From NCBI GenBank assembly GCA_951406725.2, contig OX597816.1, positions 144,088,001-144,152,000 of the forward strand: 64,000 nucleotides of DNA, written 5' to 3'. The position numbers and the translations under genes are program-made. Below the pieces are notes generated by a model, which worked only from the letters and a program-made list of their open reading frames with translations, did no database searches and had not been told where the DNA came from. Positions within the stretch are counted from its first letter, which is position 1. The number at the start of each line of letters is the position of its first letter. Shown piece after piece: positions 52,835 to 64,000 of the stretch. Source of the stretch: Octopus vulgaris (lineage: Eukaryota).

Positions 52835-53478
52835 GGTGTGCAAGACAGATGAATGAACTGGCATGGTCATGTGATGCATGTAGATGAGAAAAACTGTGTA
52901 AAGAAGTGCCGATCTCTAACTGTGAAGGGAACTGTAGAAGAGGTAGACCCAAGAAGACATGAGACAAGGTCATGAAGCATGATCTTTAAATGTTGGCCCT
53001 CACGGAGGCGATGATTAGTGGCTGAGACCTTTGGCAATATGCTGTGCATGAGAAGACTTGTCAAGCCAAGTGAAATCACAGTTGTGGCCATTGCCAGTGT
53101 CATGTGAATGGCACCCATGAAAACGTAAATTGTGGCCATTGCCAGTTGCATGATCTTCAGATGTCGGCCCTCACAGAAGCAATGACAAATGACCAAGACC
53201 TTTGGCAATATGCTGTGCTTGAGAAAACTCATCAAGTGAAATCATGGCCATGGCCATTGTCGGTGTCATGTAAATGGTACTCATGTCAGTGGCACATAAA
53301 AAACATCCATTACACTCTCAGAGTGATTGGCATTAGGAAGGGCATCCAAGCCATAGAAACCATGCCAAATCAGACTGGAACCTGGTGCAGCCCTCTGACT
53401 TACCAGTTCCAGGCAAACTGTCTAACCCATGCCAGCATAGAAAGTGGACTTCATTTGATGATGATGATGATGATGATG
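52835..53478 (+). mobile_element. RTE-like LINE 3' end with internal duplication and (GAT)n tail
   Basis: gcatgatctt...gccctcac.gag.c.atga...gacctttggcaatatgctgtgc segment occurs twice (about 52977 and 53147). Confidence 0.8.
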
Positions 53479-54737
53479 ATATATGTGTGTTTGTGTCTCC
53501 TTGATAAGTGTCACTGTCATACAAATAGTATCATTCATTTTCAATATTCTGTGAAAACATATCTGGCCATGAGCATAGAAACAAGTGAGAGTTGGCAACT
53601 AGAAGGGCATCTGGCTATAGAAAATCTTCCTTAATAAACTCAATTTGCCCCACGTGAGTATGGAAAAGTGGATGTTGAAAGGATGATGATGATGATGATG
53701 ATGAAAATAGTACTAGGCTGATATAAATCCTGGGATTGATAAGATAAACTAAATCATTTAAAAGCACTGTCCTATCATGGCTGAAGTTCAATGACTGAAG
53801 CTAATAAAAGAACACAAATAAAAAGACTAAGTTTTCTTCTTGTAGCAGATCCTGTTGTAGCAGTTTCTGTTATCTAGGTGACCAAATTAGCAGTGGTGAA
53901 GGATGTTCTGAAAGTATTGTTACTTGAATAAGAATAAGATGGAGGAAGCTCAAAGAGCTTATTACCTCTGTTGGTAACAAAAGAACGCTCTCTCAGCAGA
54001 TTGTATGATGCTTGTGTATGATAGCAAGATATGGGCTCTGAATGAAGAAGACATGCATAAACTAGTATGCTCTGATGGAGATGCAGCCTCAGAGTGCATG
54101 TATGAGAAATTGTAAATATGCTAAGAGAAAAGTTAGACATAAGAGGAATCACATGCAGATGTTAAGTGATGGAAGACAGATGTTAAACGATGATGATGAT
54201 GAATAGTTAATAGTCAAAAATTTTATATCATTGTTGCAGAACTTTTACCAAGTGATGTTGTTTAGCATCAGGTTAATTTTAATTGAAACAGCCTATGATT
54301 AAAATCATTCCAGCCATGATCATTTCATCTGTGGAGCTGCCTAGAATTATATCATTGAATGTAGACTTTACTTAAGATGTTGGGGTTTGAGGTGAGGAAA
54401 ATGTGACTGCCTTTTGTAGTAGGTTGACATTTATGTAGAAACTCCTTTTTATTAGATGCTTTACATGCTCTTTGATATAATTTTGCTATTTGGCATCAAA
54501 TTCCAACTGCTGTTCTGTTGTTAATGCTACTCAAGAAAACAGATGTTAAAAGGGGAATGTCCTACAAAGTGTACTCTTCCTAGAGATGCTATATGATACC
54601 AAGCTACATTTGGAACCAGTATTAAGAGATGAAGACAGTTATCATTTGTATATAACCAAAACATGTGTGCTTGTTTGTGCATGCACATGTGCACATATTT
54701 ATTTTACAAATAAAATTTTATCAATTACTATTATATT

Positions 54738-54937
54738 CTTTTCTACTCTGGGCACAAGGTCTGAAATTTTGGGGGAGGGGGCCAGTCGATTAGATCAACC
54801 CTAGTATGCAACTGGTACTTAATTTATCGACCCCAAAAGGATGAAAGGCAAAGTCGACCTTGGTGGAATTTGAACTCAAAACGTGTAGACAGACGAAATA
54901 CCCGGCATGCTAATGTTTCTGCCAGCTTGCCGCCTTA
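54738..54937 (-). mobile_element. Nin/Deu-type SINE with 16-bp TSD
   Basis: caatt(a/g)ctattatatt at 54722-54737 and 54938-54953. Confidence 0.9.
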
Positions 54938-55615
54938 CAATTGCTATTATATTACAAAGTCAGTTTGGCTGATTCATAAGTGTGCTCAACTGATATCTCC
55001 AGATTGTGAGTTCAAATTTCAGTAAGGTCAGCTTTACCTTCTATTATGTGGCCTTGTACCAGTGTTAGAAATCTTCTTTCTTTTATCTTTTACTTGTTAC
55101 TGGACTGCATCCATGCTGTGCCATTGTCTTGAAGGTTTAATTGACCAAATTGACTCCAGAACTTTTTTTTAAGCCTGGTACAAACACTTTGGTTGGCCCA
55201 GGGATATAGTAGAGGACACCTTCCCAAGGTGTTGCATGCTGGGACTGAACCCAAGATGACATGGTTGGGAAATAAGCTTCCTAGTCACAAAGCCTTACCT
55301 GCACCTATACACAACCATGTCTGCACCTATATCAGCCACACCTAGAGAGACAATTACTTTGACCTACTTATCTTATCTTAGTTCCTTGACATTCATGGCA
55401 GAAATGTTTAAAATGTTTTAGTTCAACCAACGATGGAGTATTGTGAAATGGATTTTGAATTTATGAATATATATAAATATCTATCTATCTATCTACACAC
55501 ACACACACACACAAAATACTTTCTATTGGCAAAGTAAAAGGAAGGTCATTGGTTTTTAAAAAGGTAGAGGATATGAACAGTCAACTGAATAAACTTTCAC
55601 TTTTATTTCTTTAAC

Positions 55616-56130
55616 ACAGGATATTTGGGCTAAATTTGATTTTTTTATGTCTCCTTTTCCAAGAATAGCTTGATGTATTGGTGAACATTTGGCAATGTTG
55701 GAGAACATAAAGATTAAAGATGTAGTTAAGAAAAAGTTAGCTGACATGAAGGACTTGAATATTAGAAAAAAGTTACCTTTATCATAATGATTTACACTCG
55801 GTATCAAAATGCCAACATTATGACTGTTGCTCAATACTCTGTGAACACTGCAAAGACTGTATGATATGACACGGACATCATGAAAAGCAAGTTCCCCCAA
55901 ACTGTGATGGTCTTTGCATGTGTCTCCAGTGTGAGTGACATCATACCATCCCACACTTTTCAATAGGGCCTTAGGGTCAGTTCAGACAGTTCTATGAAGC
56001 TGCTAGAGATTCTGGCTAGAGAAGGTTGCTGCTGGAAGGCCATATATATGGCAGCAGGTTTTGGCTCTTTGCCATATGTTCAGAAAGGGTCAGAAGTGAT
56101 TGTCAGAGAACTTCCATAACTTTGCCAGCC
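55616..56130 (+). mobile_element. Decayed maT/DD37D-like Tc1/mariner transposon
   Basis: MKSKFPQTVMVFACVSS, WLEKVAAGRPYIWQQ, LSENFHNFAS remnants; same family as 15452-16290. Confidence 0.78.
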
Positions 56131-56149
56131 TGGACATTCTGTAACTGCC

Positions 56150-56400
56150 ACCTGGACGACAGGTGGCTGACTATAAGGCAATAGCCAATGCTATTAGCAT
56201 ATCCTATGAGAGAGAATATTCTGCACAATAAACTTGGCATGATGAAAGTTTCTGCTTGGTGGGTCCCACATCTGACACCTGATCAAAAGCACACCAGGTA
56301 GATCACCTAACTAGAAAATCTAACATTGTTCGAGGTGGATCCAGATGGTTCCCATGAACATTTCCTAATCCAGAATGAGTGTTGGGTTCATCACTATAAA
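56150..56400 (+). pseudogene. Second-family mariner transposase fragment
   Basis: DDRWLTIRQ.ANAISIS...ILHNKLGMMKVSAWWVPHL.TPDQK...FLIQNECWVHHY (WVPxxL linker and first catalytic-Asp region). Confidence 0.8.
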
Positions 56401-57645
56401 CATTATAGTTGCAGTAAAGTATAGACCCCTCTCAGTATAAATAATAGTTAGGCAGTAACTTAGAGGTAAAACATCATCGTTTTAATGTCTTCTTTTCCAT
56501 GATTGCATGGGTTAGACAAAATTAGTTCGAGACTATTTTCTATAGCCAAATGTTCTTGCCACACTCACCTGCTTTCAAGCAAGGTAATATTTTTCCTTAA
56601 TCTAGATAGATTTACAAGGAAAATTGGAAACATGACACTGCTTGTATGATAGTGTTGTTGGTTTCACAGCTGCTGTGAGATATTAAGACAAGCTTCCACA
56701 CACAATAGGTATTTTATTTTTCAGTTTCTACATCCCAGATTCACTAACAAGGATCAGTCTGAGGCTCTAGAAAACACTTACCCAAAGTTTGCATTGTGGG
56801 ATGAAACCCAGAATTAGTAGTTGCAAAGCAAACTTTTGTGTCACATTACCATCTACTTGAACAAGCTTTTGCTTTCAAGCATCTTTCAGAAACCATTTTA
56901 CTAATGTCTGCATTAAAAATAAATAGTAAACAGCAAAATATGATAAATAGAAAACCCTTGATGAACAAAGAGAAGATATTTTGAAATAATCTAATAATAA
57001 TATATCTACAAACCAAACAGGTCAATAAATAAATAAATAATGAATTTGTTTAAATATAACTGCTAGTTAAATGATATTGAACAACCTGTTTCTATAAGAC
57101 AAAAAATCAAGAAGTATATTATTAATGATTAATTCATGATTGTCAAGCCATCCATACAGACTGCAGATAAGTAATAAATAATGGACAACAATAGGCAATA
57201 GCTTGTCCTCTGGGAAAAATAATTTATAATAAAACACCCAATGAGAATTTGGAGAAAACCTATGACTAAAACATAAAAGTTCGTTTGTAATAGTATCACC
57301 AGGACAGGAAGTTTTCCAAAACAGGATTAAAATAGATAACATAAGTTTACATTGAAATTAATCATTTCAAGCCACAATGACTAGAGAAACAAAATTTTTC
57401 CTAACCTTCAGTAAATAGCAATTAGCTTAAATTTGAACAAAAAGCTGGGCCAATGAGGAAGTATCTATATGGTTGCATGAATTGCTAGAAATAGTAATTA
57501 AAGGTTTCTCAAATTACACCTTACTCTTTCAAATATATGAAAGACACATTGGATAGTATGTCAAATATGTGAGCTACCCAGGAGCATTTTTTCCTGGCTC
57601 TCTCCTCTTACCTGGACTTTTCTTTGTGTATTGGACAAAGGCTTA

Positions 57646-57870
57646 CAGTAATCCCTTCGACTATCGTGGGGGTTATGTTCCACCCCACCCTCGTGATAGG
57701 TGAAAATCCACGAAGTAGAAACGGGACTGTATTGTATAATTTTTCAAAACAATTTTTATAATTGGTATATATTTATTTTATTATAAATGCAAAACAACAC
57801 CACAGAGGAAATTGACAAGCTTAAATAATAAGCCAAGATAAGTGAACCACAATATGGCGAGGGATTAATG
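57646..57870. mobile_element. Tigger/pogo-like MITE
   Basis: ta|cagtaatcccttcgactatcgtgg ... ccacaatatggcgagggattaatg imperfect TIRs. Confidence 0.7.
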
Positions 57871-58077
57871 TGTCTGAAACTTTTTACAAAGTAAAAATTT
57901 CAGAGTAAAAGTCTAACTTCTACTTTATGTTATTTTCCCCCCTTTTTTAAGCATTAACCTTATATTACTGTGAACATATTTTTATTGCTCTCTCTCCCAT
58001 ACACACACACATATAAATATGTGTGTGTGTGTGTGTGTGTGTGATGTAGTTTTGGTGAAGTATTGTGAAGTAAAACT

Positions 58078-58258
58078 TTAAAGAATATAGTTGTGTAAAG
58101 CCAGAACAATGCAATAAGGTACAAGGTAAACTACAAAAGGGAAAGGAAACAAAGTTGCTGTCTTTAAAAACTGCAACTTTGTTGATTTCTTTCCCTTTTG
58201 TAGTTTACCGTGTACCTTATCACATTGTTCTGGCTTTACACAACTATATTCTTTTAAA
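58078..58258. repeat. Near-perfect hairpin, about 83-bp arms and <10-nt loop
   Basis: aagaatatagttgtgtaaagccagaacaatg / cattgttctggctttacacaactatattctt. Confidence 0.93.
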
Positions 58259-58336
58259 CACACATATACATATACACATACATACATATACACACACACA
58301 CATATACACATACATACATACATACAAAAAACACTC

Positions 58337-58500
58337 AGGAGTGGCTGTGTGGTAAGTATCTTGCTTACCAACCACATGGTTCTGGGTTCAGTCCCACTGC
58401 ATGGCACCTTGGGCAAGTGTTTTCTACTATAGCCTCGGGCCAACCAAAGCCTTGTGAGTGGATTTGGTGGATGGAAACTGAAAGAAGCCCATCGTATATA
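58337..58500 (+). mobile_element. tRNA-derived SINE (5' half)
   Basis: ggagtggctgtgtggtaag...ggttcagtcccactgc...aagaagccc. Confidence 0.88.
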
Positions 58501-60559
58501 TATGTATGTGTGTGTGGTGGGGGAGAGTCTTGTCTGAACATTGCATGATAGCTGTGACAGACCATCATCAACATATAAGCTGTATCCATTTCCAATCTTC
58601 CATGAAAACATCTCAGACCATAAAGAAATATTACATCACCTGGTAACAGAAGGTTGCCTCAATGTATGCAAGCATAGAAAAATTGACATTAAAATGTTGA
58701 AACAAACACCCTGAAGTGAGGGACATGCACAACTAATATAGTAACACACACCCATAAAATTAATGTACCCCAATTTTTTTTTGCCTCACTATATTTCTGC
58801 AATCATGGTGAGCTGATTTATCTTTTTGCATATGAACAATTGCATACTCTTCAATGTAATTAGTTTTCAGGATTAACGCTGAACTGTAAATAAGCTTTAA
58901 CTAGCAGTGAACAGAAATTTTCTTGCTAATCAGTGTTACAATAATTACTTTGTAAGCAACCATTACACAAGGTTAGTAGATTTCAAAATGAGTTGAGGAT
59001 CAGGATTGCCAGGATTTATATATTACAAACTTTTTCTTTAGAAACATTATGATGTACACCACTGTTTCTACTCAATTCGCCACAACATACTCTTTTTAAT
59101 TGGAAATCGTTAAAAAGGTACAAGCAACCAGCAGTAAAACAGGCCTTAAGCAACAATTTATGCTGATTGTGGTAAACTGGGGAGGCCAAATGTATTGTTA
59201 GACAATAACCATACAAAAAAAATGTCTTGAAGTGGATACAGTTTCAAGAAATATTTTGAACAATTTTTAACCATATAAAGCAAGCTTCTGCAGAATGTGA
59301 AAAGCTAAAAAGGAATTTAAATTAAGATCTGACAAGGAGAAATACATAAAAGTCACTCTGAAATCATTACTATCTGATGATTACAGATCAACATTTTGAT
59401 TTCCTTCTATAACCCACTGAGTAGCAAGCACATGAAAACTGGTCTACATTTACTATAAGTCTAGCATTAAGTCATTGTAGTAAAGCCTTTGGCTTACCAC
59501 ACAAAACTGAAAGGATAAGTTGAATTTGGCACTATTTGATAAAAAAAAAAAAATCAAATCTACTTTAAGTAATTTAAAAGTCAATTGAGACTTTAGTGTC
59601 TTTGTTAGGCATCAAACAATATCAATAACACTAATATAAATCGCCTATAAAACAAATAGTTTATAAGCAAGAAAATTAGTTTTACAGTTGCTTTGCAAGA
59701 TTTGTGATGCATAATATATACATGAGATTGTCAATCAAATTTATCAATTGAATTAAATTGTTTTATCAATTTATATTTTTAGGTCAGTCATCGATTTTTA
59801 GCTCTACAAATAAAAGCATTTTGATAAGAAAAAGGAAACAAAACATTTTACTGCTATTAATCTGAATCAAGTACAGATCCTATCATGTTGATGGTAGAAT
59901 TGGTTAAAACAGGATTGCAATGTGAACTGTTACCATATAGGAGAATTTGAACTCAGTATTGTAATTAAATAAAAGCTGAACACATAAACTGCTGTTTTAA
60001 TAATGTACCATCAAATCATTTGTAAATTTGCTATGATCAATTATTTGAAATCTACCAGGAAATAAAATTTATTTTTCTCAGAACCCCATTAGTAGCATGA
60101 TAACTGTTACTAATGTGTTTTTACTGTGAAATTGTCCAATATTTTGACATACACAAAATATTCTAATTGGAATAAGCAAAAGTCTTACAATGGAGACTGG
60201 GAAAGAGAAACTATAATTGAAGTTACTAGCCCACTAGATATGATTTCAACTAGTTAGCAAACAGTAAAAAATATTGATGGATTTGCCATTTTAGAAGTAG
60301 TAACTTCTATATCCCAAAGGTTACAATACCCTCCAGCACATTGAAAGATCAATAATAAAATGAATGAATAGCTTAATGTATACAGTGCTCGGGTGTATTA
60401 CATCTCATTGGAAAAGTGCAAAGGAAGGGACAAAAAGCAGCAATAAGTTAAGATAGCAATGATAGTGAGAAGTGCATGCATAGCACACAGGATATGACAA
60501 CAATGTAAACAGTAAAAGAGCCATAAAAAGGGAAATGGGCACAGGCATATCAGGAGATG

Positions 60560-61060
60560 TGGTGGTAGATTTTAGGATGTATGGAATTTTTGAAGGAAAC
60601 TGTCCTGACAACTATCAATGCAGGTAATTTATTCTCTGCTTAAGTAATACTGAGCTTGTAAATAAGGTTTCCAGAAGTCATGGGTACTGTTTATTGATTT
60701 TATAAGCATGTCCAAAGATGGTAGAGATATAGAATTTTAAAAAAGTGGCCAAAGTTCTTTATGGAATGGTAGTGGATAATCTTGGATGCTCTATCAAGTC
60801 AGTTGTGAGACTGGAGTTTTAGTGTGTTGATGCCCAGAAAAGGAAAATAAATATTCAAGATATAGTGACTGACAGAGTATTCATCTAGTTGTACATCTCT
60901 GAACAGCTTCCAGTAGAATGATATTCAGAACAAGATGGCGGGGAAAGGGAAGAGTGGAGATGCATACAGTAGTGTGGACATACTACAGCCATATATAACT
61001 TTAAATAGATAGTATGCTAACGGTCCACAAAGATCTTGCTGAATGATGCTAAGACCCCTT
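60560..61060 (-). pseudogene. Degenerate CR1-group LINE 3' region
   Basis: Minus remnants IYLKLYMAVV.PH..YASP...LEAVQRCTTR. Confidence 0.55.
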
Positions 61061-63144
61061 CAATCTTCTATCTGTTGCTTAATTATAGAAGACTCTTAAG
61101 TTATTTTTAGTTAGATTGAAAAATATCTCCACAGTTTGAATGTTAATTTGTAATGTAGCAATGGAAATATTTAAAATTTAAGTCAGAATGTGACTTTTGT
61201 TGCCTGTATTTCAACAATAAAATTTACTTGGACTAAAAAGAGACTGTGTTCCATTCTATAGCAAAGAATCTGAAGAAAATACCTACATACCAATGCTAGA
61301 TACCAAATCATCAAATCCTCCAATAAAAAAAAAAAAAAATCCATATCTAATCGCATTTTTAATATTGAACATAATATATTTTGAAACCTATGTTTGGGTC
61401 ACAAGAGAAATGTCCAGCACTCTTCATCAAAAAGAAAGTAAACACCTTTGAAATTTCACTTAAATATGTAACATAGATAAAGAAAAAAATGCATTTATAA
61501 ATGAAGAAAATATTTTATTTTTAGTGTAATGATTAATCCAATTCTGTCAGTTTTATTTTTTTTATTTATTCTTAATTTTTGGCACAATTCCAAACCAAAT
61601 AGTTCAAGCAATACTCTTCTAGACAGAATGAAGATTGAAGCTACTTTAAAAATAATATCAAATTAAAAATAATACACAGTAGAGAAGAAAGGGTCAAAGT
61701 GTTACATTACCAAAATGAATAGTTATATATTTTACAACAGAAATGTTCATTTTTGTCATTATCAAATATCAAACTTAAATAATTATACTTTCATTTTGTG
61801 TGTGCCTGTATTTCTGTTGAGAGTAGATTATTGGCAAGGAAAATTAATAAAAATAGTTTTACAAGAATATAAGTACTTTGTTTCGTTTTGGCAAGTTTTT
61901 TTAAAATTTTTTATTTAAAAACATTCAGTAAAAAACAGACATGAAAATAAAATGAATAGAGTTGAAAAAAATACCCAAGAAACTTGTAGTTTCGAAAATA
62001 AATATTTTAAAAATTTCAGTAAATCCATCCCACTCACTCGCAATCTTTTCTATCAAAGTACAAAAATGTATAAAACCTTTGATATTGTGTATGATGGTTT
62101 ATAAAATAAAAATTGTTTTAAGGCAGATCTAAATGTTTTACTAATTTTTTTGTACAGGGAAATAATTTAACAGACTCGAAGCCAGTCTTGGGGGTGGGTA
62201 TAAGCAATTAGATCAACCCTACTACTTGACTAATACTTATTGACCACAAGGGATTTGAACAACAAAGGTTGTTAGAAGGGATGTAACTCAGTATTGCAAG
62301 GAGTTTGAAACAACACTATCAACCATCTTTTAAGAAATTATTCAACAGAAAAATGTAAAGATTTGAGAAATTCTAAAATATCAAAACTAAAATTTCATAG
62401 TATGTATACGATTTCCTCTCCTGTGTTTTTTTCTATGAGTTTATTTTTTTTCCTTTCTAAAGAAAGCAATGGTTAACATTCCAAGAATCGAAGATCAAAA
62501 CTTTAACTGTTCAATAGTTCAAAGTAAATCCATGATTCCTATCACATAACTAGTTGGGTGATAGGCACGATTCCGTTCCTAACAATGGTAAATTTACTCC
62601 TTATACTTGAAAAAAATTTTAAAGGCACTGCTGGGCTGGCTTTGGATTTAATGCGATCTCATCCTGGTCATTGTTAGATTTTAGTATGTTAAAAAAATTA
62701 TAACGTTTCATAGATATGTACACATACATTGTGTGCACAGGTATCTTGCCTTTAAAAATATATGCTCTGTTTTTGTGTTGCAAGAAGTGACTAAAAGGAT
62801 TGGCAACAGGAAGGGTACTGCCTCAAAAAGTAGAACAATAATGGGTAGAAAGAATGTCACAGGACACACAAAGCTAACTTCCTATTTAGCTGAGAAGCAG
62901 CTTAATATATGTGTGTGTGTGTGTGTGCGTGCATGTGTGCACACGTGTATGAGAGAGAGGGGAAAGGAAAATGTTTAATAAAGAAGAATGCAAGCCCAAA
63001 AGTTCAAAGTAAAGGAGTCGAAAGTAATTTCAAACAGTGAAAAATGCAAATATTTTTTTACCCATTTTAATTTTTTTTTTAAGATAAATAATAATAATTA
63101 GACATAGAAAGATTGAAATCTAGTTCCTACATAGCAACTCAAGG

Positions 63145-63263
63145 TTAGAAATCTGTGCATCCAGAATCTTCAGGTACTTTAGCTTTCTGGATGACTCTCA
63201 TAGACCGAGATTGGCGTGGTAAAGACTTTGTTGATCTATCCTCATCTTCACTTGGGTTTTCAC
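63145..63263 (-). CDS. Probable terminal coding exon of a minus-strand gene entering from the right; product unknown
   Basis: tgtttttctctttatatctgctgcag| strong acceptor; phase 1 gives (G)ENPSEDEDRSTKSLPRQSRSMRVIQKAKVPEDSGCTDF*, phase 0 gives VKTQVKMRIDQQSLYHANLGL*; AT-rich 3'-UTR-like sequence follows. Confidence 0.5.
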
Positions 63264-63680
63264 CTGCAGCAGATATAAAGAGAAAAACAATCAGAAACAT
63301 GATTAATCAAAGATTAGCCTTTAAAGCTCTAATTGTTGAATTACCTTCTACAAGAAAGCCATAGCATCATGACACAAAAATGAAGTTTAAAGTGGTAGTC
63401 AGAAAACTTAATTTTAAGACCATAGTGAGAAATTTTAGACTAAGTTTCATCATCATCGTTTAACGTCTGCTTTCCACGCTAGCATGGATTGGACGATTTA
63501 ACTGAGGACTGGTGAACCAGATGGCTGCATCAAATATATTTTAATGACAAATGTACCAAGTGACCACATTCATCCATATATGCAGTAGTATCTAATTTTT
63601 GTTTTTGATCTAAACAAGTCAATATTTTAAGCATCAAAGGGCTTTTAAAGACTAGATTTGGCTCTGCTTTCATGTCATCT

Positions 63681-63752
63681 AAACCAGGTACTTATGTCAT
63701 TCTCTTTGATGAGAAACCAGGTACTTATGTCATTCTCTTTGATGAGAAACCA
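63681..63752. repeat. Perfect 33-bp tandem duplication
   Basis: aaaccaggtacttatgtcattctctttgatgag x2 + aaacca. Confidence 0.95.
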
Positions 63753-64000
63753 ATTTATTATAGATAATATTCTAGAGATGACATGGATATCTCGAAAGTT
63801 GAGCTGGTCCTGCAAAATTAAATGTGTTCCCCAAATACATAAAATGTTTTGGTTGTCCATTATTAGGCTACACAGTCATTTTTCAACAACAAATGAATCC
63901 ATGAAAGAGCATGTACATGGCTACTTGTCCTGCTAGAGCCAAATCTCTACCAAATAAAATTATTGTCTCCCAAAAGGTACATATCTGATATCAGTTCTAT

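Noticed and set aside
53104-53634. 176-aa ORF (and 177-aa ORF 58078-58611)
   Set aside because: Both run through RTE 3' UTR/SINE, microsatellite and hairpin sequence.
57160-57260. Membrane-protein-like minus exon GFLQILIGCFIINYFSQRTSY...
   Set aside because: AT-rich DNA readily yields hydrophobic peptides; no phase-compatible neighbouring exon found.
58337-58405. tRNA genes at SINE heads
   Set aside because: A/B-box-like heads continue into SINE bodies; no complete cloverleaf.

Overview
AT-rich, microsatellite- and transposon-saturated animal genomic DNA. The SINE/RTE repeat families look like those of octopods/cephalopods (my recognition, not database-verified). Almost all ORFs in the supplied track are spurious translations of microsatellites and repeats. 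Real coding content: one near-intact RTE-superfamily LINE (APE endonuclease + RT, about 1046 aa, broken by a single 1-nt frameshift, 18792-21931, minus), plus decayed CR1-, Tx1/L1-, Penelope-, mariner- and maT-type remnants. Also present: a complete non-autonomous Helitron, several MITEs, and many tRNA-derived SINEs with target-site duplications. Host-gene signal is limited to isolated splice-site-bounded candidate exons: a minus-strand gene apparently starting near 37 kb (possibly 42.5 kb) and running off the left edge, and a probable terminal exon of another minus-strand gene near 63.2 kb. The most striking observation is at least seven hammerhead-ribozyme-like motifs (minimal type I, Penelope/retrozyme style). 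Several sit inside short fold-back elements, including one whose ribozyme-bearing arms now bracket the young LINE. Several further long hairpins and two local templated insertions are also visible.
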